Below are positions 27,030-39,400 of a stretch of DNA of 64,000 bases, one piece after another. A model generated the notes under the pieces. That model searched no databases, was not told the origin of the DNA, and saw only the letters and a program-made list of their open reading frames with translations. A program made the translations under genes and the position numbers. Source of the stretch: Peribolospora baueri. Taxonomy: Eukaryota. The DNA is taken from contig JAMDHS010000007.1 of the NCBI GenBank assembly GCA_029717555.1, forward strand, positions 124,001 through 188,000, given 5' to 3'. How positions within the stretch are numbered: the first letter of the stretch is position 1; every line of letters begins with the position of its first letter.

Positions 27030-28252
27030 ATGTTCGCTGTTCGCGTGCGTCCTCTCATACGTCGCTTGTACCCGCCCATGGCGGGAGAGAGAAGAATGGC
27101 GCGCTGAAGTGAACCACCACCTCTTCCTTTCGCAGGCGCGACGCACCCTCGCCCTAGGCCTCACCGGCGCAGCGGCCGCCGTGTCCTTGTCAACCGCCAA
27201 TGTCGTCCACGCCGACGACGGCGCCCGTGACGAGGCTGCTCCTCGCCCCAAGCGAGACAAGGTGTGTGCCCACCCGTGCTCCGACCGCCCATCCTCCTCT
27301 GACTTCACCAACGCTCCTGTCTTCCTCGCAGCTCCCCATCTACTCCGCCCCCGCACCCGAGCTGGTTCTCGTAGAGACGCACACCGAGCTTGAGCGTCAC
27401 ATCGGCGACGCGCGGAGGGCACTCGAGGAGGCTACCTTGGACACTCGCGACAGAGTCCAGGGCGTCGTGAGCAGGTGGATTGGGGTAGAGAAGGCCGTCG
27501 AGAGTGAGTGACCGGATACGATGCGGACCAGGCGATCGCCAGTGGTTTTCTTTCCAGTCCAGAAGCGTGGGGATGAGGTCTCACCCCTCTCCTGAGCCTC
27601 TTATCTTGCCCGCTTGCCTGCCCTCTCCAGGGAAGGTCACCGAGATCCTCCCCAAGGACGAGCCGCTCACGCCTGGCATCCTTTACGCCGGCGTGGCCAC
27701 CCTGGCTGGGTCCATCGTTGCTCGCAACCGTGAGTGGCGCTCGCCGCTCGCTCGATTTTGCTTCGCCGGCGCATCTCACCGCATACAAATCATCCTTCCC
27801 CTTACCTTGTCGCAAACGCCCTCGCCACCTTACCAGGCTCCTTCCCGATCCGCGTCCTCGCCCCGCCCACCTTCTTCTTCATCTCGCTCAACTACTTCCT
27901 CCCCAAGGCATCGCACAACCTCAGCGCCTACTACGAAGAGCTCGAGTCCGCCTACGCACCCTCACTTACTTCCCAACGGCACGCCCTCCTACGCTCCACC
28001 CGCCAGGCGTTCGATGGGGCGATCGAGAAGGTCCGCGGCGCGAGGAACACTGCGGAGGGGTGGATGGACGAGGGCGCTAGGAAGGTGGAGGGTGCCACCG
28101 GGCTCAAGGTCCACGAGGTTATGGCCAAGGCCGAGCGCGGCCTCGCGGACGAGGTCGAGGCGCTTAAGAAGGACGTGGAGGAGAGGATCAAGCAGGAGCG
28201 GGTCAAGGTCGAGAGCGCGAAGGTGGACGCGGACGCGGAGAAGCGATTGTGA
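27030..28252 (+). CDS. MICOS complex subunit Mic26/Mic27 (apolipoprotein O family), 5 exons
   Basis: Mitochondrial-presequence-like MFAVR|ARRTLALGLTGAAAAV; K|LPIYSAP; VSRWIGVEKAVE; EPLTPGILYAGVATLAGSIVARN; LNYFLPKASHNL; stop at 28250-28252. Confidence 0.85.
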
Positions 28253-29428
28253 ACCATCCGCCCGTATGCGTAGATGCCAGCGATCGTGCGGGCTCACTTT
28301 CCTTTCCGTCCGTCCGAATGGACGCTGACTAGCGCGTGGACCACATCGAATAGAATCGCCCTTCCATCATCCGTCCACCTACCCACTCCCGCTTCGTCTC
28401 GCACACCGCCTGTGCCCAGGCCAGCGGACAAGGGTCAGTGGGTGAACGTGGGCGAGTTGAGCTGGGGAGAGAGAGAAGAGTCCGTCGCGGAACGGCCTCT
28501 CATCCGGCGTCGGTCGGGCTTCGGTCCCTGCTCGCGCAGGTCAATTTGGACAAACGGACGGGCGCGAACGATGGCGAGCGCTGACCTTGAGCACTGAGAG
28601 ATGACAGAACAGCATCGGATGGCGACTAGACGACTGGCTGCAGTCCTCCCTCCACCCGACCTACGGCGAGAGGATCACGATCCGAGCGGTCGCGCCGCGG
28701 TCCACGGACGGGGTGAAGCGAGCCACCGTGCGTTCCCTCGCTCGCCTCGTCCAAGTCCGAATCGTCTGCGGGCGACGATGGCTACAACCGTCCCGTTCCG
28801 TTCCGTCGCGTCATCCTCCCCGGCTGTCGGTGTTGGTGACTGAACGTTCTGAACTTGTAGAGCGCTGACGGCCTATGCACCCGTTTTCGACTCGACTCGA
28901 TGTTCGGGGTCGTTTACGTTCTCTCTCCCTCTTTCTTGCGGTCCACTTTCATCCGTCACTGGACATTGTGTTCTCTCGCCATCTCGCTGCTCTCTCGTCT
29001 TCTTTCCACGTCAGCGCCCTACAGAACCTGGGGAGTTAGATGGGCGTTCTCCGCTCTCTTGTGGAGCATCGGTGGGTGAGTGGGGGACTCTGACCGCTTT
29101 TTTGTGCGCGGCCAGTCACAAAACTTGCAACGAACGAACGTATGCTCGAGCCAAGTTGGGCACCGTCACATCTCGGGGCACGTTCATTTCAGTCTATTAT
29201 GCTAAAAATTCTGCCATGACGGTGACGCATGCGGCGGACGGTTCGCTGCGTACGTACGACTTTGACGCGTGTGTGAACTAACCAGAGTAGCAGGTCGTTG
29301 ATGTTGTCTCGTCTACTGTTCCCGTCGTACATAACACGTGACGCGTTCATCAGTACCGGCGTCTCCGTCCCACGCAAGTGTGTTCGTATTATTTTCTTCG
29401 TTGAGCGGGATTCCCGCTTCAAAGTCGT

Positions 29429-32400
29429 TCACTTCATCGCCGTAGCGTTCGCAGTCGGGTCTACGAGGCCCAGGAAGCCGAAGCTCCAAAGTTGGATGCT
29501 GGGCAGACAGAGAAGGAAGGGACCCGCACACGGTCGGTCAGCAGCAGCTCCTCAAGTCAAGTCAAGCACTTTGCTCCTGTCCCCCCAGCCAAGTCCCGCT
29601 CCGCGTCCGTCATGCGCTTGCGCTCACCTGTCCGACTCCGTGCCGTCCGTAGAAAAGCTGTTGAGACCTTCGACGGAGAAGCGACCGTTGGAGAAGGACC
29701 AGCTCCACACCTCGGAGAATCGCTCTATAACGCCACAAAGTCCGACACAAAACGAGGAGGAAGATGGTCTGGGAGTTAGCCTGGGAAGAACGGCGGACCG
29801 AGCGGCAAAGCGAAGGACTACTGTACGACGTTCCATACCCGACGACTCACCCTGACTCGCTCCATCGACGGCCTTCCAAAGCGCCGTCTGCGCGACGGTC
29901 AAGTCGTTGACCAGCGTCTTGTCCGCGCACCAAGCAGGCTCGCCGGTGCTCGAGCCGGCGGGACCGTCCACGATAGGGTTTTCTACCTCGTTGGACGCCT
30001 TCGAGTTGCACAGCGCCAGTTGGCGCGCCAATCCGGCGGCCATGAGGGCGTTCTGGAAGCCCCAGGAGACGGTGCCGTGGTAGGCTCCGCGGTCGAGGTC
30101 CTGTCGCGGTGCGAAGCGCAAGTCGAGGCAGGATGAGTTCCGTTTCTTTCTCGACCGGGTTGCATCATCATCGGCTAAAACCGACGGACAATCACTCACC
30201 ATGATCGCCGTGGTGTTCGAGTCGAGTGCGGGGTTGGCCACAAGCAGACCGATGTTGGTGAGCAGACCTGCGATGAAACGTCCAATGCGTGATCACCACG
30301 GTAAGCTCCGCATTGCCTCGGCAGAACCCTCCCTCCTCGCCATCCATCGTCCATCGAATTCACACTCACCGGTGGGGTACGGCTTGAGGATCCTCGCCGT
30401 GGCCTCCAAGATGTTGCGCGACACGTTGGTGCCATAGAGCAGCACAAAGCCCAGGTCGGAGTGCATGATCTCCACGGGCGTCCCGTCGTCGTGGAGCGAC
30501 AAGGCATAGAAGCTCGTGCCGTTGTTGTTGTTGAGCGAGGCCGAGTAGTTGGCCGGAAGGCCCGTCCCGTTCATGGAGCCTTGGCCGTAGAGGAGGGAGG
30601 AGCTGAGGTTGGTCTGGTGGACGAAGTTGGACAGGCGAGAGTTGGCGTCGGAAGAAGTGACGTTGACGGTAAAGAAGGAGGCGGCGTACTGCTCCCAAAC
30701 GTCGGCGTACTAAACCATGTAAAATACCAACGACAACCGACCAATCGAACAAAAACAAATTAGTTTGGACTGCTTCTTGCGAACATGCCTATGTCGAACC
30801 ATGAGGTGCAACAAGGCAAACTCACTCGGGACGCGTTGGCAGCGTAGGTCTCGTTAAGAACGCCGGCCTTGGAGAGAGCGGCGATAGACCGGAGTGCGGC
30901 GGGTACGAGTGCGACTGAAGGGCAAAAGCCAGAAGGCGGTCGCGGCAGATCCGGCATTTCCCGTGAGCATCATCCCTCTGAAGTGGAGAGACGACAGGCG
31001 CGAGCGATCGAGGCGGGGTCGGACTCACCGGAGACGTCGAAAGGATACGTTCCCCAGCCGAGTCCCTGGTTGGAATCCCTCCAATCGCCAATGGAGAGAC
31101 CCTCCTTGATCCTTACCAGGTTGCTCGCCTTTTGCACCTCGGCGAACGCCCGCGCCGAATCGAGGACGTGGTGCACGTTGGTGTCGAGGAGCTGGGAGTA
31201 GAGCGTTCCATTCTGGAGGGAGGCGCGGCGCGAGAGGAAGGCCTTGGCACGCGAGGCGCCGCCGCCGGCGGGAAGAGAGAGGAAGTAGTGGGAGAGAGTG
31301 GGAAGGAGGAAGTAATTGGTGTCGACTGCCCTGGAAGGGTACCAAAAGAGAGGGTCAGGACAGGTCTCGACGCGGGGCCTGAAGCGGCTCGCAATTCAAT
31401 GCACGTTCCGTCGACGTGACGCTCACTCGTAGTTGTACCAAGGCTGGCTTCCCAGCTCAGGCTGGCCGTCTTGCATGTTGACAAAGCTGGCATAGTCGCC
31501 TGAGATGCGACGCGAGTTAGCGTCGACCAGCAGACGATGGAGGAGACTACCGAAGAGCGAGTCTCACCGATGGTCTCCTCGTGGCAGAGTTCACCAGTGG
31601 TCGCGTTCGTCCTCTCAATGACCGCTCCGAGGGCAGCTTCAATAGCCTCGGAGGTCATGCTCGGCATGAGGAGTCGGAGAGTGATGAGCGTGTCCCGACC
31701 CTGTCCATCCCGCGGGTTGGCCGACGACAGCATCGACCGCGTCAGCGATGCCGTCCCTCAGACGCTCGAGATGAAGAACGGAACGACGGCGCGTGGCCAC
31801 GAAGGGGGAAAGAAAAAAAAAGCTTACGAAATAAGTCAAGAACCTCCATCCTCCGGCCAACAGCTTGTTGCTATAGGCGAGGAAGGACACCTGCTTGGCC
31901 TTGTCGCTCTCCGGTCCGCTCAGATCGCTCAGGACCTGCTTCAGATGGGGGTTGGAGTCGCTCGTCTCGTTGGCGGGGAGGAAAACCTGAGAGGCGTTCA
32001 AGCCCACGAGGCTGGTCTCGTTGCAGAGGACTTGGAAGTCCACCGTACCGCCCCGAGGAGCTTGGACGCGGATGAGCGGCGAGGAGGAGGGGTCGGACGC
32101 GTTGGCGGGCGTGACGTCGAAGGTGAGCGCTCCGCTGCCGCTCGCATTCTTGGCCGAGAGGACCAAGTCCATGGTAGGGTACAAGCCAGTGTCCTGGGTG
32201 GCGTTGATCCAGCGCCTGTGGAGCCTCACTTGACTCTCGCTCGCATCGGCGAGGGTCCAGTTAAAGATTTGGTGCATCACCCCTCCGCCCTCGACGTAGT
32301 CGCGCAACGTGCGCACCGAGCCGAGGATGGTGACGCCGAAAGTGGCGGAGGAAGAAAAGTGCATCTGGCCTTCGACGCCGACGCGGGAGTCATTGGCCTT

Positions 32401-32964
32401 GACAGAGGTCAGGGTGTCGTTGACGAGCGTGACGGAGAGCGGGGCGGTCGAGGTTGCGTTGGTGGCGTTGTCTGGGAGGAAATAGACCAGCGCACCGCTG
32501 TTGCCCGCCGGGAAGGCGGCGACGAAGCGGTTGAGCTGCCCGGTGGCGCTGGCGTTGGGGTTGGTGAAAAGCAGCTGGGCGGCGGTGGTGTTGTCCCGGT
32601 AGAAGTAGTTGTCGTATCTGTGAGAGAACGGGAGTGGACGATGTTGAGACTCGGTCTCCTGTCCCATCCGCCATCTACCACCACCACCACCCCCTAGCCT
32701 TCCTCTCCATCCGGCCCACCCTGCTCAGAGCCAACTGGACTAGTGAAACCTGACCGACACTCACCCGCCCGAAGTGACGGTGAACTGCAAAGCGCCGCCG
32801 GGCTGGCTCACGTTGGCCGCCGAGGCATAGCTAACGAGCTCCTCGCTGTCGAACGCCAGGGAGCCGTCCCTCAGCAAGACGGGCTGGGCGTTGACGATGG
32901 GGGCGAGCGAGGCCAAGCCGAGCACCACGGCCGTCGTCGCTCGGACGGAGGAGGCGATACGCAT
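29429..32964 (-). CDS. Secreted six-hairpin glycosidase-like (glycogen-debranching-enzyme-like) protein of unknown function, about 12 exons
   Basis: Signal peptide MRIASSVRATTAVVLGLASLAPIVNA. Conserved-looking blocks AAFPAGNSG, KLLAGGWRFLTYF|GRDTL, ELCHEETIGDYA, IGDWRDSNQGLGWGTYPFDV, IMHSDLGF, AYHGTVSWGFQ, EVWSW and IQLWS. Many N-x-S/T sequons; stop at 29429-29431. Confidence 0.75.
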
Positions 32965-33713
32965 GGTTGGAGAGCGAGAAGAGAAGGGCAAGAAAGGAGA
33001 TCTCAGGGACGAGGGCGGGGCAGAGACGCCGACTCAAATAAGCGTCTTTCTTTCCTCTTCTCCGCCCCCGCCCATCTTTCCGGCCGTCACTGTTTCTCTT
33101 CGCGCGGGGACCCCGTGTGGGCGAGCAGCGAGCGAGCATACGGACGCCGAGAGGGCGGTGGCCAGCGATACGGGGGACCGGAACGACATTCGTCCCACAC
33201 CGGATGCTACAAGCGAGCAAGATGAAAGGATCCGAGAATCCGAGCCGGCGGCGAGGCGTGACCGCTGAACGTCACACCGTCTCGTCCACCGGCGTTTTGC
33301 TCTCTCGCACCAGAGTCGATCGATAGAGGGATGCAAGCGGACCGCGAGTCGTCGCCGTCGCCGTCAACGGCACCCTGGCGACTTGCGCCCCGCTCCAATT
33401 CCCAAGACTGTGTCGGCAACGAGATTGCAGGCTACTAACTACCGGCCGATGCCTCCATGGGGTATGTATTTATGTATGTATGGATGGATGTATGGATCGA
33501 TGTGTGATGCGGGCATGCATGCATGTAACTACGACCAGTTTGCCGCCCACGCCCACATTGCCGCCGGGATGAGCTCGGCGATCGGCGCCTAGGACAATCA
33601 TAACCCGCACGACTGTTCTGACACCTCGACCCGCGGAAGGGCGGGAGGAGGGGCGATATCCAAAAAAAAAAAGGTCCATGGTCGAAGAAGGGCAGAGAAG
33701 GACGCCGATGATG

Positions 33714-35802
33714 CTAGAGGAAGTATTGCGACGCCGAACCTCGATTGGGCACTGTTCGTTCAGAGTCCTTGACTTTTGAGGCGAGCGAAGAGCACGTGAC
33801 GTGGGCGAAAGAAAGAAGTAAAGGGTCAATCTCAGGAGTTATTATCCACACAGACCGGGCGCCAACTCGAGGCGAAGCGGGAGGCACGGCGCACACTCAC
33901 CCGCCTCAAAAATTTTGAAGTTTTTCTCCCCCACCATGGCCCTGCCCGCGCCTCCAAGGTCAAGCCCCCCCACGGAGGCGCCCGTCCCCGCGCCAGAGGC
34001 TGCAGTGAGGACGTCGTCCACTTGCATCACGCTCGCCACATTGCCGCACCGGTAACAGTAGTTGGGCGCAGACCAGACGGTGACGATCGCGTCATCGTGC
34101 ATGAGTTTGCTTTGGATGAGGACGGCCGGCAAAGGGGGAGGGAGACGAGATCAAGGTTAGTCAGAACACCACAGATGGAGGTTGGACAACATTAGCGAGG
34201 ATCACGTTGACTCACTATCCCTCTTGCACGAGCTGGTGTGCTCGAGCGATGAGTGTAAGACCATTAACGTGATTAAACTGTATCAAAAAGAAACGGCGAG
34301 CGGCGGAGCAACGTCCCAGTCTCAGTGTTCGCCCTCGCTTTTCCCGTCTAATCGCCACGCCCAGGCAGCAACAACGAACGTCAGCGACCATCCCCACTCA
34401 CCTCTTTTGTCACGCTCGCCCCGAAAAGCCACCCCGCTCCTCTCGGGCTGACGGCCCACGTGTCGACGTCGTCCGGATCGGACCACATGAGGTCTGCCGA
34501 CGGCAGAAGACGAAGCATGCGGGTGGACGGGAACGGTGTCAGCGCGGAAGCGACAAAAAAAAGAGACACGGAGAGATGAAGGCATGGAAACGTACCACAA
34601 AATGCTCCTTCGTGCGGAACCTCCTGTGCCCTGGCGATGACGCGGATCTGGTCGAGCGAGCGCACGTCCGGGGAGAGGCCGCCGTGGACGCAGAGTACTC
34701 GCCCGTCGATGATCTGTAGGGACGGCCGAGTGCGTTGGGCGTCGAGTCAACCATGTTGTAAAGCTTGCTCCTAGTAACAAAACGGAAGACGTGTACTTAC
34801 CGCCGCGAGGTTGAGATAGTCGAACACCTGACAACACGCCTTCCACACTGAGGCGTTGCCGTATTTGGACTGACACTCGTCTACGGAGGGCATGGGTGAA
34901 TAAGTGGTGAACGATGGAAAGTCCGAGGAAACCATAACGTCCTCTCACCCCCGTACCCGCTGGAGCGACGCGGTGCGACACTGTCAAAAACAACAAACCG
35001 GACGGTCGGTCGCTCCTCCCATCTCACCATAGAAGCCATACACCTGGGTAATTTGTCTACTCTCGTGGTTGCCTCTAAGAAGCGTTATCCTGTCCGGGTA
35101 TCTGAAGGTCGCCAGGCCGTCCGGTCGAAGGGGAGACGAACGCGAGAGATGGGAAACAGCGAAGGGGGAAGAAGCATCACATTGGAGCAAAGGAGAGTGG
35201 ATCGGATGAGAACGGAAGCTCGCCAACCCTGCTTCTGTCTAGCTGGATTCGAAGCCGGAGTAGGAACGCAGCAGAAAGGGCATCTCGATCGAAAAGCCAG
35301 GTCGGGCACACTCACCTCGCCTTGAGCGCCATGAGCAAAGAGAACGTTTCGAGACTGTAGTATCCTCTATCCACAAAGTCGCCCTACGTCATGCAAGCCG
35401 CCAGACGGGCATACAGGAACCAATGCAGACAGAAAGAGTTGAGGGTTAGGGCGGAGGGATGAGTCGACCGCCGGGCTCGCCCGGCATGCTATTCATTCAT
35501 GCCGTCGCATGTCGTCAAGCAAGGTCAACCGCGCTCACCATAAACACATAACTCGTCTCTCCAGGTTCTCCGCCTACTCGAAAGAGCTCGAGGAGGTCCC
35601 AAAACTGGCCGTGAATGTCGCCGCAGACGGTGACAGGAGAGGAGACGGGTCGGACGTTTGGCTCTTCGAGGAGGAGGGAGCGGACGAAGGCGCAGAGTGT
35701 GTGCATGTCGCGCTCGGGGAGATGGTGACATGTCCGCAGGATGGAGATCCACCTGTCCAGGTCGGCGGTGGTCGTCGATGAGGAAGCGGGAGAGACGTTC
35801 AT
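33714..35802 (-). CDS. SIT4: Ser/Thr protein phosphatase PP6 catalytic subunit (Sit4/Ppe1), about 9 exons
   Basis: PPP motifs [22 protein letters not shown] and [19 protein letters not shown]6-type [31 protein letters not shown] and [13 protein letters not shown]-terminal YFL*. Confidence 0.92.
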
Positions 35803-36409
35803 GCTTGCCCGGTCAGAGCTTGTCGCAGGAAACTGCGAATGCGCCAGTCCGTCAAGAAAGCGATAACGACGATCATCTTTGCCGCAGCGTCTTATCGGAC
35901 GCTGCGGTCGCTCGTATGAGCACGCAAAGGGGGTTCTCATCCTCGACGCGAATATCGAAGTCCACCGACGAGGAAGGACGAGCGAGGAGGCTCTGACCAA
36001 GTTCTGAAGACGCTGTCTGGACAGACTTGCGCGTGTCAGAGTCTCACCAGCATATTGATTCATTCACGGCACGTACGGAAGAACGGCGACGAGAGGAAAG
36101 ACGAAGTCGAGCCGAGTTGACATGTGACAAGACACGCGATGGAGGCTGAGGTGTTTGTGTGTGCGCGCTGAAAGAGACGGGAGCGGAAGAGAGAGGAGAG
36201 GAGAGAGGAAGATAGACAGACGGAAGGATAGACGAACAAAGCGAAGAAGGAAAGGTACAGAAGAAGAAGAACGCTCGGGAAAAAAGCAGCTACCCGTCCG
36301 CTGCCTGAAAAGACGGAGCAGAGGTCAGCGAGGGAGAGAAGAAGGCGCCTATAACCAAAATAGGTCGGAGGCCACATCCGCACATAGATCGGCTTGACGA
36401 TGCACGAAT

Positions 36410-39400
36410 TCAGTGAGACGAATGAGGAGGCAGAGGCGCGCCGAAGCTCCCGCTCATCAGATTAGGCAGTCCACCCAGCGCTCCGCCGCCAGCACCGAAC
36501 GGCTGTTGATGGTGCTGGTTGACGTGAGGAGGTTGGTGACCAGCGCCCGGCGGACCTGAGCCGGGACGAGGGCCGGGACCGTGGGGGAGGCCGGCCTGCT
36601 GCTGTTGCTGTGACCCGGATTGGTGATGAGCATGTCCGCCGGCCAGACCGACGCCTACACCTGCTCCAGGAGGACCGACAGGGGACACGCCGACGGGGCT
36701 CTTGTTTAACAGGTCCGACGCAGACGACATCGAGGCCCTGTGCCCGGGCGGCGCACCTCCCGCGGCGATCGAGCCGGCGTGTTGATGGTGGTGGTGAGCA
36801 TGGTGGGAAGGCTCGTCGAACTGGAGGAACGCTGATCGAGCTCCCATGCCCACTCCACCCACGTTCATTCCCACTCCAGAGCCGATGGCGCTCGCGGCGG
36901 CAGCCGAAGAAGCGGACGACGACACGCTCCCAAGCCCATTCCATCCTCCCGCGCCTCCGCCATTCGCCGGCTGGCCCCAGATATCCGGGATGCTAGCCGA
37001 CCTGCCTGTCGAGAACGGTCCCGCAAGACCACCGGCGACGGGAGCCCAAGGAGATGAGCCGAAGGGCGATGATGCGCCCTGAGCGGTTGACGACTTGAGG
37101 CTCTCTGAAGCAGAAGGGGGGAAGAGATTTCCGCCGAAAAAGCTGCTCGCGGCGCTGTCCCTCCCTCCTCCCGCACCTCGGCCAATCGCGCCCGGCGGGC
37201 CAGGAGGCCCTGCAGCCGGGGCGGCGTTGTTCGCGTTCCGCCTCGGCATAGGCTCGATGGGCTCGTCGTCCGCAAGGAGAGCGGCGCTGCCAAGAATGCC
37301 CTCGGGTAAAGGGGGCGGACTGGGAGAGCGCAAGCTCGCAGATCCGGAGGGGGGCCCCGTGTTGGCGCCGTCATCGTGTCCATCGCCGCTCGCTTCGGCG
37401 CCGTGAGCATGCCTAGGTCGTCCGATGGGCGTTGGTACGGGTCTCTGTACTGCGCGGTTTGACGTCGACGACGGCGGACGTATGACCGCATCGTCGGCGT
37501 TCGACAGCCGACGGGTGTTTCCAATGCCGCCCACGGCGCCAGCGCCGGGAAGTGGACCGATAGGCCCAGGGCTGGGCGAGACGACGTGGGTGCCCAAGTT
37601 GAGCTGGGAGAAGGACGAAGCGGCATTGGACACAGCGGCGTTCATGTTCGCGTTGGCAGCTCCAGACGCCGCGGAAACAGCCTTCACGGCCTTGGGGTGG
37701 ACGGAAGCAGGGGAGCCGACGATGCCGTTCAGCTGAGGTGGCGAGTGGATGGACAAGGGGTCGAACGGACCCTGACCTGGCGCGCCCAGTTCGGCCTGTG
37801 GTATGAGTGGGAACGCGCTGGCCCTAGCAAGGCCAGGAGAGATGCCCTGTCCGAAGACCTGTGGTGGAGGTGGCGGGGGGAGACCGGGCGCGGCTTTGGC
37901 CAACACCGGAGAAGAACCCACGGGGCCGAAACCGGAAGAAGACTGCGGACGAATGGGCGCGTTCGACGTCGGCGCTCGCTGCAAGGTGGTCGTAGAGACG
38001 GACACAGGCGGAAACGCGGACGGCAAGCTCGACTGCTGCTGGTGAGCCTGGGAAACAGGCATCGATGGCGGGCGAGGAGGTAGCGAGGACATCGAGGGTT
38101 GGGACTGAGATTGAGCAGGGAGTGGGAACGACTGCTGCTGACGATTCGATGCAAGCTTGGGAGCAGCGGATACCTGTTGCGTAGGTGGGTGAGCAGGAAG
38201 CTGGCCAGGCGTGTGGTGAGCCTGACTCGGCGTTCGGGGGACAGCCTGTGCAACAGCAGCCAGAGGGGCCAGGGGAGGGGCCGCCGGGCCAGAAGAAGCA
38301 GCGACAGGAGCTCCGGGAGTCTTCTTGCCGTTCCGAGCCGCGGTGGTAGAGGTTGCGACTCCGGGAGATCTCGGAGGCGTCGGGTTCGGCGCCCGAGCAC
38401 CTGGGGAAGTAGGAGGGTATGCAGCTGCTGGAGTGGACCTGGATGGCGACGGATGGGAGGCTGGAGTGGCGGCAGCGGCGGCGGCAGCGGCAGCCTTGGC
38501 GGCCGCAGCGCGCTGTTGCTGGAGGAGACGCTGTTGGGCCTCCTTGTCGGCAGCGATCTTTTCCTTTCTCGCCGCCTCCCTCTTCGCCTCCTCCTCCTTG
38601 GCCTTGCGCTCCCTCTCCTCCATCTCCTTGCGTTCTTTCTCTTTCCTCTCCTTCTCCTCCCGCTCCTTTCTATCCTTCTCCTCCTTTTCCTTCCTCTCCC
38701 TGTCCTTCGCCTCGCGCTCGGCCTTCACCTTCTCCTCCTTCTCCTTGCGCTTGCGTTCCCTCTCCGCCTCGCGCTCACGCTCCTGTTCGAGCCGCTTGCG
38801 CTTCTCCTCGTCCTTACGTAACCTTTCCTCCTCCTTGGCCTTCTTCTCCGCCTCGCGCTTCAGGCGCAGCTCCTCTTGTCGTTTGCGCTCCGCCTCTTGT
38901 TGGCGCTCAAGCTTCTGCTTAGCCGCTTTTTCCTCGGCCAGGCGCTCTGCCTCCTTCCGTGCCCGTTCTTCTTCCTTCTGCTGCTTCAGCGCTCTGTAAC
39001 GCGGTGGGAAAAGAAGACCGTTAGCGACGCTTGCCGAAACTCGTCCCTTTTCGATCCAGACTTCCGCCCGAAATCGCGGGCCCCGAAAGACGGAAAGACC
39101 AGACTCAGAACAGAGTTGACTCACCTCTTCTTGTCTTTCTTCTTCTGATTCTCCTTCTGCTTCTTCGCCTCTTTCTCCGCCTTGGCCGACTCCTCCTCCT
39201 CGAGCTCGCGCAAGAGCTGCAACTGCCTCTCCTGCGCCACGCACTCTCGGTAGGCGGTCAGGACGCGCTGCTCGAACATGCGAGCGGCGAAAATCTGGAA
39301 CATCCTTCGGCCTTCTTCCATGCGCTGCTCTTCCGTCATAACCTCCTGCTGGGCGGCAAAAGAAAGAAAGCCGTCAGATACGCGGGTCACTCAGCGAGAA

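Noticed and set aside
31537..32697. 386-aa plus-strand ORF
   Set aside because: Antisense to the large exon of the secreted glycosidase-like gene; a codon-bias artefact.
35230..35280. tRNA T-loop/B-box-like GGCTTCGAATCC in a SIT4 intron (minus strand)
   Set aside because: No cloverleaf, A-box or acceptor stem could be formed.
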